Source: Camelus dromedarius (lineage: Eukaryota). Taken from it: 64,000 nucleotides of DNA. The notes under the pieces are model-generated. The model made no database searches. It was given only the letters and a program-made list of their open reading frames with translations, and had not been told where the DNA came from. Shown here in pieces: positions 24,037 through 37,368 of this stretch. The stretch spans positions 76,014,001-76,078,000 of the forward strand of contig NC_087436.1 of NCBI RefSeq assembly GCF_036321535.1, written 5' to 3'. The position numbers and the translations under genes are program-made. Within the stretch, counting starts at the first letter, position 1, and each line of letters opens with the position of its first letter.

Positions 24037-25306
24037 TCAAGATGGCTTAAAGACTTAAATGTAAGACAAGATACCACCAAGCCTCCTAGAAGAGAACACA
24101 GGCAAAACATTCTCTGATAAAAATCATAGCAGTGTTCTCCTAGGGCAGTCTATCCAGGCAATATGAATAAAAGCAAAAAATAAATAAATGGGACCTATTT
24201 AAACTTATAAGCTTTTGCACAGCAAAGGGAATCATAAATAAAACAAAAAGACATCTATGGAATGGGAGAAAATATTTGCAAATGATGTGACTGACTAGGG
24301 CTTAATTTCCAGAATATACAAACAGCTCATACAACTCAGTAACAAAAAAACAAACAACCCAAACCCAAAATGGGCAGAAGACCTAAACAAGCAATTCTCC
24401 AATGAAGACATACAAATGGCCAATAGAGACATGAAAAAATGATCAATATTGCTAATTATCAGAGAAATGCAAATCTAAACTACAATGAGGTATCACCTCA
24501 CACAGGTCAGAAAGTCCATCATTAGGAGTCCACAAACAATAAGTGCTGGAGAGGGTGTGGAGAAAAGCGAACCCTCCTACACTGCTGGTGGGAATATAGT
24601 TTGGTGCAGCCATTATGGAAGACAGCATAGAGACTCCTTGAAAAACTGAAAATGGACATATGACCCATCAATCCCACTCCTGGGCGTTATGTCCAGAGGA
24701 AACACTAATTTGAAAAGATACATGCACCTCAATGTTCATAGCAGCACTATTTACAACAGCCAAGACATGGAAGCAACCTAAATGCCCATTGACAGATGAC
24801 TGGATAAAGAAGATGTGGTATATTTATACAATGGAATACTACTCAGTCATAAAAAGAATGAAATAATACCCATTTGCAGCAACATGGGAAGGTCTAGAGA
24901 CTGTCATACTAAGTGAAGTAAGTAGACAGAGGAAGATAAATATCATATGATGTCACTTATGTGTGGAATCTAAAAAAATGACACAAATGAAGAACTTTCT
25001 TACAAAACAGAAAGACTCACAGACATAGAAAACAAACTTATTACCAAAGGGGAAAGGGAAAGGGGAGGGATAAATTAGGAGTTTGGGATTAGCAGATATA
25101 AACCTACTGTATGTAAAATAAACGAAAAGGTCCTACTGTATAGCACAGGGAACTATATTCAGTATCTTGTAAAAACCTATAATGAAAAAGAATATAGATA
25201 ACTGAATCAGTATGCTGTGCACCAGAAACTAACACAACATTGTAAATCAACGATGCTTCAATAAAAGAATAAAAATAACTAGGTCAAAAAAAAGAAAAAA
25301 AAAAAA
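24037..25306 (+). mobile_element. 5'-truncated L1 (ORF2 3' end + 3' UTR + A-tail)
   Basis: ORF2 C-terminal homology (ggagagggtgtggagaaaagcgaaccctcctacactgctggtggg; atgttcatagcagcactatttac), typical 3' UTR, AATAAA and A-rich tail. Confidence 0.92.
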
Positions 25307-25390
25307 GACAGACTTATCTGTCTGGAAGCATTTCTATCAAAAACAGAAGAATGATCTGAATAATTTGAATAGCCTCTGACCCTTTTCATC

Positions 25391-25662
25391 CAAAAAAGGA
25401 CACAAATGAACTTATCTATAAACCAGAAATAGACTAGACTCACAGACATAGAGGACAAACTTATGGTTACCAGGGAGTAAAAGGGGTGGGAAGGGACAAA
25501 TTGGGAATTTGAAATTTATACCTCTCGGGGAGTGATGGAAATGTTAGTTATCTAGATGGTGCTGGTGGTTTCATTGGTGTATACATCTATCAAAATTCAT
25601 CAGATTGTACATCTGAAATATGTAGTTTACAGAAATCATACCACAATAAAATGTTAAAAAAG
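25391..25662 (+). mobile_element. L1 3' UTR fragment with a different terminal segment
   Basis: Head like the other young L1 3' UTRs (acacaaatgaacttat...gactcacagacatag...cttatggttacc), then L1MB/MC-like gtgatggaaatgtt...ggtgtatacat...caaaattcatcagattgtaca...caataaa. Confidence 0.8.
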
Positions 25663-26726
25663 AAATGCATTGCAAAAGGGTATACAGCCACCATCACCAT
25701 CACACAAGCGACAATCATCTTTTGTTAAGAGTCTGTTGTATGCCAGGCAACGAACTGAGTGTGTAATGTGTGCACTGACGAATTGCTTGATTTTTGAGTA
25801 TTGCTGTGGATTCTACCATGTAGTGACACAGTCCTCCTGCAGGTGTCACTCCTTTCCTGCAGAATGTTAATCGTTGCGCCCTTGACTTGAGCCTCATACC
25901 CAGACGGCTGAGAATCCAGTGATTCTAAAGTTGGTTAAAAAAAAGATCAATTTATTTCCTGTATTTGAACTGAAATTTCTAAATATGAATCAGCCCAACT
26001 GTTAGAAAGTTAGATTCAAAAAATTTAAGAAAAAAAAAGAAACCTTAAGTGATTAAGTTCACATGGTTTTTAAATGGCTTTGCAGTTTTACCTTATCTTT
26101 AGCCCAGAAGAAGAAAACTCATTGTCCTATTTTCCTTGGGAAAACTGAAAAACATTATTTTTAAAGGCAAACTTCAGCTCAGAAGATGGATGAAAAGCTT
26201 CTCTCCTCCTCTTATGTCTCATTTTGAACTGCCCTCTCTGCCTCATTTCTGACTTGCTTCTCTGTTTTCAGAGTGGGTAGTGTGACTGAGCTCTGGAGAC
26301 AACTGGTCAGATGTAGCTGGTTCCCGTGCCGAGGCACCGTTCATCAGCCTCACTCACCTTCACCTGGGGCTCAGCTTTTCCTTCCCTCATGTGGCCATAG
26401 CTGGTGCTGAGTCCAGCCCTTCAGAAACATGTGGGTACAGGATGGAAGCGTAAAGCCAAATTAGCAGCATGCCCAGAAATAGCAATTTCTTTATTACTAT
26501 CGCAGGATATTTACAAAAACACTTTTCTAAGCTTACATCACTTTCTTGATGCTTCTGGGCAAATGTGCAAGATGTTTTTACCCCTGCAGCTCTGTGTGCG
26601 GTTCTGGCACGTCAGTGTGTCATATCCAGTGACAGTATCTGATTTTCTGGTACACTTTTGAAACGTTTAGGGTTTTGTATCTCAGAGTTGTGGAATTTTT
26701 CCCTCTTTCATCAGACCCTTAGGTAC

Positions 26727-26910
26727 AGCAGTGCTTCTTAGCGTGTGGTCTGTGGATCATCTGCATCTGAGTCATGGGGATGTTTGTTAAGAAAAAAAAA
26801 AAGCAAAATCTTAGACCCACTCCTTTTCAGAACTATAGAACCAGATTCTCTGGAGAATTTACAAGAAACAGCATCGATTCTTTCCTTCACTAAAGGTTGG
26901 AAACTACTGA
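26727..26910. mobile_element. MER5-type hAT-Charlie DNA transposon
   Basis: cagtgcttcttagcgtgtggtc...ctgcatctgagtca...cactaaaggttggaaactactg; degenerate TIRs. Confidence 0.65.
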
Positions 26911-29900
26911 AAAGCAGTACTCTCAGGCACCAGCAGATCCCTGAGCACAGATGACAAGTCTGACTCGGTCCTAGCCGCCAGCTGCTATCCCTGTTCACTT
27001 GGAGTATCTTCAGGGCTCTCCCACATTCCTTATTCTCAATTAAAGTTTATCCCCAGAGCCTTTATTCACTAAAGATGATCTGAGAATCCCCCAGAGTTCA
27101 ATGCATTCTAATAAAGTACTCACTGCTGGCTTCAGGGGCCCCTAAATTCCAACATGTTTATCCTGGATTAAGCCTGGCACAGTTAGGACCCCCTGCTTAC
27201 CTTTGTCCTTTTCTCCCTCCATGTGTCTGGTGGTATTCCTGGCCACCCTCCATCTCTTCTGTTCTTTACCTAGCAAGAAGTGATCTCTTAAGGTCTGATT
27301 CCATGCCCTTCCTCCGGGACAAACTCCTCAAATCCTCCAGGAAGAGGCTGACCAGTCATAGAGCAGGGCTCTTCCTGCCTCACTCTCTATAATTTGTTTA
27401 TTTCCTATCAGCTTCTGGGAAGTAGTGATTTTTTTTTTTTTTTGTATCCCTGGTATCCAGCCTAGTGAGTAGGACATAGTAAATGCTTAATAAATTTTAA
27501 AAAAGTCCTATCTCCCACTTCTGTTTCTATATATCACTGTAAACCAAATACTAATAAGTAAACTCTTAGAGGATAAGGCCCAGGTCTTCTTCATTTTTAA
27601 CATGGAGAAATGAACCTATGATTGATGATATGTATCTTACTTCTGTTTCCATGCACCAGTTTGAGATACTAGCTATTATGTGGAACACTAAGGGGAGGGG
27701 CCAAATCTTACTCATGTCCAGCTATTGACTTAGTATCTAGCACGTTATACAGCACTTGCTAAATGTTTCCTGAGATAAAATTCAAGAAGCTACCCAGGAA
27801 GCACTCTCCGTAAACTCATGTAGTACAGCATGGAGAGACAGCCTCACTCTGACATACACTCCTGGAGTGTTCTTCCAGACAGAGAGTCAAAGGACTGGCC
27901 CCTGGGTGCTGCACTGTGTAGAGGTGATTGTGAGACTAGAACCAGGGCTGCTCAGGTCTGGAGGAGTCATTCAGCAGCAGAACGGAGACAAGGTGCTCTC
28001 CTGGGTCACTGGCTGGGGAGCCTCCCAGTCAGGGTCGTAGTTCTCACTTTCCAGATACGACCATTCAATACATACATGTCATCCTCCACCAAGCAGCTTT
28101 GCTTGCCCATCCTCTAGCTGTAGTCTCGGGGAGGAAGCCAGGAGGCCTTGTAAAGATTAAAGTCCATTGTATGCTATTTTGGGTATGTGCATTGCTTTAT
28201 CACAGGTGGGGAAAAGCATCTTTTTGAGCAGGTTGTAATGCAGCGTATAGTGAGTAGGGGGCAGTGCTGGAATACAATACAGGTGAAAGAGGCAAAATTA
28301 TAGCAGAGGTGACTTAGGCAAATTTAAGGGGTCCTTTAGAGTCAATTGATTGAATTTTCTTGCTATAACAGCCACCACCACCAGCACCAGCACCAATATT
28401 AATGACCATCTATTTCATGGCTGGTGAGTGGCAGCATTGATTTTTTTGAACCCAAGTCTACTGATTTTTAGTCCGGTATGTTTTCTATTACACTATAATA
28501 TGCTTTCTTTCAGTAGGTTTTTTTGTTTGTTTGTTTAAAATAGTTACGCATTTTTTCCAGATTATAAGAATAGTAAATTATCCTTATAAAATTCAAACTT
28601 AGAGGTATGGATGTTTAAGAAGGTTAAAGTTTCTCTTTCCAACTCCCGTCCATATATAAGTAAATAGCTCAGCATATATTCTTAAACTTTTCCCCCATGT
28701 ATAAACGTATAAATATATCTTTTTAATAGGAGTAGAAACATATTATGGATACTTTTTCCCATTGAAAGCTTTATGCAGAGTGGACCACGACTTGCTCAAT
28801 GCATACCTGGGCTAATATATTATCTAATTCCATGCACAGTTTTGGGTGGCTAATATGTGTGGTTACTTTTAAATGATGGTCCTGCAGCTCCTAACAATTG
28901 TTTTTCTCCTCTTCGTTTCCAGATTAGCATTATTGTGATTTTAGCCCTTTTAATTTGTAACACATGGTGTGATTCAAACCACTGAGTCTTAGCATCTGTC
29001 AATGATAAGATCATTATTTTTAGTGATCTAACGGTGGTTGCCAATAATGTGGCAGAATTTGGCTTTTCATTGTTATGTTATTAATGACTGCAAAAAAGAA
29101 CTTGTGGATAATATGGTTTTTTTCCTACTTAAGCTTCAGTTAGTATCCTGAAGTGTCTTTTACATTTCCACACAAAATTAAAACTAAGGTGGCTTTGGAT
29201 TTTTCCAAAGCAAAACTATTTGTCTCTGTCTCCCAAATTTGTGTTCTAAATCATTTATGTAGGACTAGCTGACACTAGTCTCTCACACCTGGGAATCTTG
29301 TGTGCTGTAATCTTAATGATGGAACAGGGCAGTGTGGCGTGAACAGTGGATGGAACAACACTGAGGCCACTGCCGTGCTTTGCAGGGCTCCTGTTAGGAC
29401 CACCTTTGCGAAAGAGCAGTGTCCTGTCCTTCAGTACTGTGGCTGATGTTACTGATTTAAGGGTCTGGTTTTTCCCTTTGAACTCCTTCTCTGACTCTGT
29501 TTAGAACTATTTATTTTTCATTTCATTCCTTTTACCTTCAATTTTTGTGTGTGTGTTTTCGGATATAATTTATCTACATATAAACATACACTTTCTGAAT
29601 ATAGTAGTAGTATTGTATATGATACATACACTCTTTATTTGTACAGTATTAACTTGTTTATAATTTAGAAATAAAGAAATGTAAGTTTTTCATGTTGGAC
29701 ATATGTGCTCAAACTTCTTTTCCCAATGGTGGTGTACAGTAAAAAATATTTGAGACGACCGTACAGTATTATGAATTTCTTGTGGACAGGGACCATTTCT
29801 TTTCTTCTTGATATCCCTAACTGCTTAGCCCAATGTCTGGCCTATAATAGGTGGATAATTAGTATTGTTGGCTGACTGGCTTGCTTGCTGGATAAACAGA

Positions 29901-31046
29901 AAAATTAGTAAATCACGTGATTGTGTTTCTCCTTATGACTTGGACATTACCTTAAGTTACCATTTAGCAAAAAACTTCAGGTACTAAGGACACATCTGGG
30001 TGATCAAACAACTAAACTCTGGTAATTGATCTAGATGCTGTGTTTGGATGTATTAAAAGCTAATTCAGCTTGCCACATTCTTCAACACCCCACCAGATTG
30101 ATGGATTACCACAAAATAAATGGTGAATATGATTGAGAAATTTTATGTAACTCTACTTCCCAGGATTCATTTGTCTTAAATGTTATCTGAATCCTATCTA
30201 GGGTTTAGCAAATGACACAAGCTCCACAAACCCCTCTGTTTAGATTTCTTTATATTTCTTCTCCCTTTAGTGAGCAGATTATGTGATTGGAACAGGACAG
30301 TGATGTGCTCAGGGATGAAGTAGGGGGGGAAGAAAAGTCCTAAAAAGGTTTGTGTGGCTCCTATTCAACTAAAATGTTGATCCCACTAGCATTAGTCTTT
30401 TCACCCCTCCAAACCTTTAAGGTAACAGGGATGGGACTGAGGGTCCTTGCTAAGCGACAGTGTCCCCTGACTCAGTCTCCAAACCACCTCTCCTGGGGCT
30501 GACTCCTTCCTTCCTTCTTTCTCTCTCTGCATTCTTGATATTCACTTTTCCCACTGCGTAAAACAGGGCCTAGTACCTAGTAGGAACTGGAAACCTGTTT
30601 GTGTACCACGCATATCTTCTCTGTATAATTTGCACCTATGTACATGCAAGCGTACATGTCTTTGGTGGTTGAGGTGGTGGCCACATGCTGGCCAGGACAG
30701 AGGCAGGAGGCCGATTCGGGCAGGTCTGCTCATCACCACCTGTCTGCCTGTTGGTGGGGGAATGGCTACTGTCTTCTCGAGTTTTATCTTCTTCATGTTC
30801 CTCTTCCCCTGTGTGAATAAATAGACAAAAAGACAGACTGGGGGCTATAATAAGCCCTGTGCTCTTTCCATCAGAAGTTCCCACCTCAGATTCAGTCTGG
30901 TGCATTGCTGATGTTCTTATTTTGCATGTTTGTTTCAATAATATGGGTCAAAACAGAAAGAAATATAAATTGCTATAAATGTAGGCATATTTTGGAGTTC
31001 ACCTGTGGATTATATGAGGGTGTGGTTTTTGTCAATAAGACCTTTA

Positions 31047-31081
31047 TCTCTTCTCTCTCTCTCTCTCTTTTTTTTTTTTTT
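31047..31081. repeat. (TC)n + poly(T) simple repeat
   Basis: Direct reading of the sequence. Confidence 0.85.
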
Positions 31082-31559
31082 ACCTTGCCCCAAATCACAT
31101 ATTAGACACAAATGCTCTCTCTTAGTGCTGACACCATGATATCCCTGACCAGTTTTGCAAGAGAAGAAAAGCACATTGAGGCAGAATGTTTTCTACAAAT
31201 AAGTGAGGTGAAAATTATTCATACTCTCTTCTTTTAATTTTAACTCAAGTTAGTTAATTTTTCAAAAAAATTTTTAAGAACCAATTATACATGTCAGTGA
31301 TTTTATAGTGGATGATTTAACATATGTTACAATACAGCTGTCTTTTATGTTGAAAGAAGAATCTAAATATTCCTCAGAACCATAGTAGACAAATGGTTAA
31401 TTAGTCAAGATCTAGAATATACAATTTTTAACCGTTACTGGTGAAGTTATATTTTTTTTCTTTATTGTCTATGATTGGTACAAACTGTAAGCCACAAACT
31501 CAGGCAGGCAAAAGATACAATTTTATTTTTCTAAATATTCGTTAACTTCTATTTTAACC

Positions 31560-31976
31560 TGTAACTAGGTTGAATAGTTCCCGTCCCCCCCAAATTCATG
31601 TCCACCCAGAGTCTGGGAGGGTGACTTTATTTGAAAATCGAGTCTTTGCTGATATAATCAACCTATAATCAGGTCATATTGGATTAGGGTAGGCTCTAAT
31701 AAGAAGAGGGAAATGTGTGAACACAAACAGAGGAGAAATGTGCAGGTGATGGCAGAGACTGGAGAGATGCATCTACAAGTCAAAGAAGGACAAGGATTGC
31801 TGGCAACCAGCAGAAGCAGGAAGAGGCAAAGAAAGATTCCTCTCTAGAGACTTCAGCCCTGCTGACATTCTTAATTTCAGACTTTCAGCCTCCAGAACTG
31901 TGAGAAATGAATTTCTGTTGTTTTCATCTATTTAGTTTGTGGTAAATTGATGACAGCCCTGGGAAACTAATATACA
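31560..31976 (+). mobile_element. MaLR solo LTR (MLT1B/C-like)
   Basis: tgtaactaggttgaatag...ccccaaattcatgtccaccc...cagcctccagaactgtgagaaatgaatttctgttg...agccctgggaaactaata. Confidence 0.85.
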
Positions 31977-32597
31977 GCCTCTTTTTTAGTTGCAGTAGCA
32001 GAAAATTAACCTCATAAAATTTGGGCAATCCCTCCTCTTTCTCTGGAGTTGCCTTAAGTACCAGCAAGATGTGATGTGGAGACCATCAGATCCTTAACAT
32101 CATGCCACACAGGTGTCCCTGGGCTGTATCCCAGTTAGCCTGGTCCCCCATCAGTGCTCCTTTCTGGTTGCTGCAGAGATGACCTTTGGTCCCACCTATG
32201 TGACCCCTTCTGGTCTGCTGTTTTCTCTACTATTTCCAGGCCACTCTTGAGTGACCAGGAATTACTCTCTTTCTCCCATGCCATGCCATGGTTCATGTAG
32301 ATATATTCTGCAACTATTTCTCCTCTGAGATACTAGCATCTCCCAGGACTTTACTGGGACAGTAGATTACAAGACCCTTCTGTTCTTGGACCCCACAAGC
32401 CAATCTGGGCATGTTGCCAGCTCTCCAGAACTTGACCCAGGGAGTGGCTCAGAGTTTATTATTGGTATGTGTTCTCATTATTGGGGAATATTTTTCTAGG
32501 GGATGGCAAATTCTTGCTCACTCATACAGCTTTCTCTGAGATCTTCTGTCTGTGTCTTAATTCTTTTTCCCCCTTACAGCTTTAATCAATGACTAGA

Positions 32598-32735
32598 GTA
32601 ATTTTCTCCCTAGGGGTCATTTAGAAATGTCTGGAGACATTTTTGGTTGTCACAGCTGGAGAGCGGGAGGGTTGCTATTGGCATCTGGTGGGCAGAGGCC
32701 AAAGATGCTGCTAAATGCACAGGCCAGTCCCAAAT
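32598..32735. mobile_element. MER20-type hAT-Charlie DNA transposon fragment
   Basis: aatgtctggagacatttttggttgtcacagctgg...gctattggcatctggtgggcagaggccaaagatgctgctaaa. Confidence 0.8.
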
Positions 32736-32954
32736 CTTCCTCAATTCCTCCTTCATATAAATAAATTATTTACGTTAAAGTATAAAACAGAGCATAGCAC
32801 TTATTGGGGCTTCTGAATTGGCTCGATAGCCAAACCACCTAATTTAGGAGAGGGAAAAAGTTTACTTTGGAGCCTGACCTTCCTTGACTGACTGGAGGTG
32901 TTCAGATGACTTAGGCAAATGCATATCTTAGCTAATTCATGCCAGGCTGTGAAG

Positions 32955-33100
32955 AACATTGGGCTGAGAATGTATAAACATGGATTCCAGTCTTGCTTTT
33001 CTTACTAGCTGCTTAAGAGGCAGCTTCATTCCTCTGGGCCTCAGTTTTCTCATGTGTTAGAGGTTTAAACTAGATTATGTCTGAGATTCCTTCCATTGAA
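32955..33100 (+). mobile_element. MIR/MIR3 fragment
   Basis: cttactagctg...cttcattcctctgggcctcagttttctcatgtg...tagattatgtctgagattccttcca. Confidence 0.65.
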
Positions 33101-33324
33101 TTTTTTCCTGTGATTTAGGAGCAGATTGTGAACAGAAATAATTTTTATATATAGATTCTGAAAGGTACTAATAAAACTCGCCCTTTTTCATGCCATTCTT
33201 TGGAAATATGGAGATTGCTAGTTGTCCAACTTTTGTTCTCTCCTTCCATGTGCCTAGAGTAAAAAGTTAAGCTGCTCTAATAAAGGGACCCACCGACACA
33301 GTGACTTTAAAAAAAGGAGGCTCA

Positions 33325-33700
33325 ACCACATTTTCCGTGTCCCTTTGCATTTGGATGTGGTGAAGTTCTCACTAATAGGAGGTGAGAAGTGTTATGTGTC
33401 AACTCCAGCCCTAGTCTTGAAGGCAGTGGGTGTGCCTCTTTCACGCCTTTCCTTCTCCTCCGGCTGGAATCCCTAGTCATCCAGCTTCAACCGTGCAGGT
33501 GACAGTGATGCCCTGGGGGATAGTGGAATAGCAGGATGAAAGGAATCTGGAACCTCAAATGATGGACTGGAGCAGAACTGTCCCATCAAACTGCATTGCT
33601 CTCCTCAGAGCTGTTTGATGGAAGACCCAAAATGTTATTTTTAAGTCACTGTATTGCTAGGTGTTTTTTATTATAGCTACATAGCTCTTTACCATAATAT
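33325..33700 (+). mobile_element. Old MaLR LTR (MLT1J-like)
   Basis: acattttccgtgtccctttgcatttggatgtgg...aaggaatctggaacctc...tttaagtcactgtattg...ttatagc. Confidence 0.6.
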
Positions 33701-35679
33701 GTAGAGGAATTCTCCATATAATGAGTAAAACAGCAAATTTCAAAAAAGGTATATGCTATTATACTCAATCTGAAGGGCTAGTGATGACTCTAAACACTTT
33801 ATTACCAAAATATAAGTGAAACACTTTAAAGCAAAGAGAGGATGTGGACAAGATTAGATCTGTCTTGTTCATAATCTCTTCTTTTCTCACCTGGCTCAGT
33901 ACCATTTTCTCTTGTAAACCCTCATAATCCACTTTGGGTTGGCCTTTTTTTTTGTTTTAGGCATGACCTCTGCAGTCAGAGAATTATCAGTTTCTCTATC
34001 TGCAATTGCTCAAACTTGAGACTTAGTGTATTGTCTTTCGTACTGTATCATTCCTCTTGCAGCTCTTTCTCTTTCTGGTCTTAATGTATTGCTGGAACGT
34101 AGGGCATGTGGCTATTGCCACGTGTCTATGCACAATTGTCTATTGTAGCCATTTGGAAAGAACACCTGGGATATTTCTTCCCTTTATGTGGCAGGAAGGT
34201 AGAAGCAGAGGTAAAGAAGACTGGCAGTTTAGATCATCTTGGCTTTTATTGGAAAGACAACAGCTTCTTGCTGATATTCTAAAAAATCACTACTGTCTAG
34301 CAAAAGTTCTCTTTGTTTATTTTTATTGTGACTCATCTGTAAGTTACAATAGTAATAATTACTAACTATTAAGTATTAATTCAAATATTATCCTACTTAT
34401 AACTCTGATCTCTTTTCATGTTCAATGAGAATTTCATGTTTTAACTATACAAATAGAAACTATTTTGTTGGGATAGATATTAATTGAATTGCAAGGTCAT
34501 GAATAAGACAAAGACTGCAAATTGAATATTTAATTTTATAAATGTTCAAATGCAGACAAATAGATTAATCGTTCTCCTGTTGATTTTTTTTTTCGATCTT
34601 AAAGGCAAAGTTGATTACCTGAACTGAATGAAAGTGGCAGTGATCATCTTATCAATCTTTCCTCTTAGCTTGCTTTTTAAATGGATCCATCATATGTACT
34701 TGGCACAGGACATCTTGCAATATGGCTGCTATTAGAAATGAAAATCCTTCCTAGATGAATAGGTGATTTGGCTTAGAATGTTAGTTCAATGGCTTTTTTT
34801 TTTTAAAATGAACTTAGGATATAACTTCCCCTAATAATTTTAAATTGGTCCTTTGGAAAGAATACTTACTTGCAGGTTTTACTCTTGATATTAGTTCATG
34901 TGAGCCTACATAATAGACTTTTGTTTTTCAACCGACGAAATGAGAGTTTAAAACCATACTTGCTGTGACCTCATTTGGATTTGACTAGGAGACCCACCTT
35001 TCTTCTGCTGTTCTGAGTAGGCAGCTGTGGATGGTTTCACAGGAAGCAAATCCCCAATGGAGAACTTTCTGGAGTTGCTGCATTTGCTCTGTATGCTCTC
35101 TGTGTTTTGATACACTGAGCAAGGAATGTTGATGAGACATGAGGCAGAACAGCTTGTTCCTCCACAGCTATTTTGACTCTGCAATGCTGGCAGTGGTAAA
35201 AAGAAAAAAAGAGTTTAGTGTGTTAACTAAGCAAACACATGGGGCTTGGAAGAAGGCTAGGGAACAGCTAGGCTATTCTTGGTATCAAGAACCCTATTGC
35301 TTAGGAACTTTTCATTCCAGTTCACGAATGCATAGTACTTGGAGTTCTACATTTCTCTAGATGTCCTTTGTCTCTGGGGGTGTTAATAGGAACAAATGGT
35401 GTTGCTAATGAAGTAAAATTCAAGTTGTGTGCAATAATCAAATCTCAGTACAAAGAAATGACTTAGAAGAAGTGATACCTCAAAGGATTCAGAATGTGAT
35501 TATGGAAACCAAATTAGTTAAAATAAATACCCGTGCTGTTGTAGGTATTGATAAATACAGATTATCCTCAAGAAATAGAAAATATCAATGATGGGGGTCA
35601 GTTTGATTAGGGGTGCTGCTAGGGATTTTAGAAGAACAATGTGGATCATAAGCTTGATTTTGTGAGTTGTTGCTGTTTT

Positions 35680-36000
35680 TCACAGAAGTCACAGTGTGCC
35701 TGTTTTGAGCCAAAGCTTTAAGAGACATGGCAAGTTTCCTACTGCCTTGCTTAAGTGCCTGCGATCTGCTATGAGAGGAACATGCCATGGGCAGCCACAG
35801 CTCCTTTTGCCTGTGTCCCAGAATCAGAACCTCAAGGAACCAGCCTGACCATGGGCCAAGCTGAACCTAATTGAACTCAGCCAATCCACTGCCAGCCTGC
35901 AGACCTGTGAGGGAGAAATAAGCTTTTTTTGTTTTAAACTATTGGAATTTGGTGGTTTGTTTGTTATGCAGCACTATTGCAGCAAAACCCGACCAATACA
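35680..36000 (+). mobile_element. Old MaLR LTR (MLT1 family)
   Basis: gaagtcacagtgtgcc...ccagcctgcagacctgtgagggagaaataag...tgttatgcagcactattgcagcaaaacccgaccaataca. Confidence 0.7.
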
Positions 36001-36069
36001 CCTTTATTAGGAGTCTCTAATTTCAGGCTGTTGGTATGTGAGAACCAGAGCATATCTGACACAGATCTG

Positions 36070-36625
36070 TGCTGTCTTGGATAGTAACCCCTGTCACTCT
36101 CTGTGGTTGCCTCAGTGCAGTCAGGTTTACTGGCTACAACTCAGAATTTCTGACTCCTCTTATCACTTTAGACTTGAACGGAATCCCACAGTACTGGGTG
36201 TGGCATCTGGCACCTTAAGTAGCCACCTGAGGAGCTGGATGACACAGTCCAGAAGTACAGGTGCTAATTCCCATGAAGCAAACTTTGATCAATGGGAAAC
36301 TGAAGATAGGAGGGAGAAAGTAAATACCCCTGCCCCCTTCTTCCTCTTTCCCTTGGACAATTTCAACCACACAGCCACATAACTCATCTGAAGAAGCTGC
36401 ATATGGCCAAACAAGTATGCTTCTGCTGAGGGATCTAGTATGTCTTCTTACAGTTCATTATGAAGCTGTAGCCAAGAGGGAAGTCTTTTTGTGTGGCTTT
36501 CCATCCTTTCTTGCCTCATTTTCCTTTTTCCTTCATTTTCGCTGCCCTGGTTTTTATACCCCCAAGAAAGCACCAGCACTTAATCTTGGTCCAGGCTCTG
36601 TTTTCTATACCTAAGCTAAGACGTG
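36070..36625 (+). mobile_element. ERVL-type LTR (LTR16-like)
   Basis: aactttgatcaatgggaaactgaagataggaggg...aggctctgttttcta...acctaagctaagac. Confidence 0.55.
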
Positions 36626-36689
36626 GACCAAGACTATCATGGCAAGATGAAGATGATAAAAATGGTGATTATGATGATGTCAGCCAGTG

Positions 36690-36930
36690 CTGACTGATGA
36701 CCATTTAACTGTGTATCAAGCAGTATGATGACTGCTTTGAATTCATTTCATTTAATACTCACTGCCCCTCATAAACTGGATAATATTATTACTTCATTTT
36801 ATAGAGGAGGAAATCAAAGCTTAAAAGAGTTTTGATTATTTGGCCAAGATCACGTAGCAAGTAAGTGGAGCCAGCATATAAACCCAGATATTTCGGATGT
36901 CATATCCTATGAGTTAAACCACTGAGTAGC
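36690..36930 (-). mobile_element. MIR SINE
   Basis: tttcatttaatactcac...ttcattttatagaggaggaaatcaaagctt...ccaagatcacgtagcaagtaagtggagccag. Confidence 0.75.
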
Positions 36931-37368
36931 ACAAATGGAACTGCAGGGTAGGTAGTAGGTGCCAAATTGCAATGTCTGTATGCTCTAAAGTGCCTAGTAC
37001 AGTGCATTGCAAATTATGTACATTGAACATGTAATTTATTGATTTTATAAACAATTCATTAAGCTTCTACTTAATAATAATATTCTGGTAAATCTAGTTA
37101 TTCTACTAGTATTCATGGATTGTCAATTTAAAAATTAGACTATAAGAGCCATGTTTAACAATAAAACGTATTCTGAATCAGAAGACCTTTTCAGATTTTA
37201 TAGAGCTAGAGAGACACCATGACAATTATCTTTGTATGTTGTTTGAAAGTAGTATTATTTATTTGAACCTGATGAATTTGGAATAAAAGGATATTTATTA
37301 CAGTAGAAGTACTCTTTTTTTTTTTTTTTTAAACTTTCCTTGTTGCTTCATGGAGGCAGCTCATTGTA

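Noticed and set aside
26245..26360. Textbook plus-strand acceptor (ctgac...tctgttttcag at 26271) and strong minus-strand donor (AAG|GTGAGT at 26358)
   Set aside because: They are on opposite strands, and I found no matching partner site to define an exon; isolated splice-like motifs are common by chance.
29325..29378. Imperfect hairpin beginning with GGCAGTGT (miR-34/449-like seed)
   Set aside because: The stem is short and interrupted, and the rest does not match miR-34/449 mature sequences.
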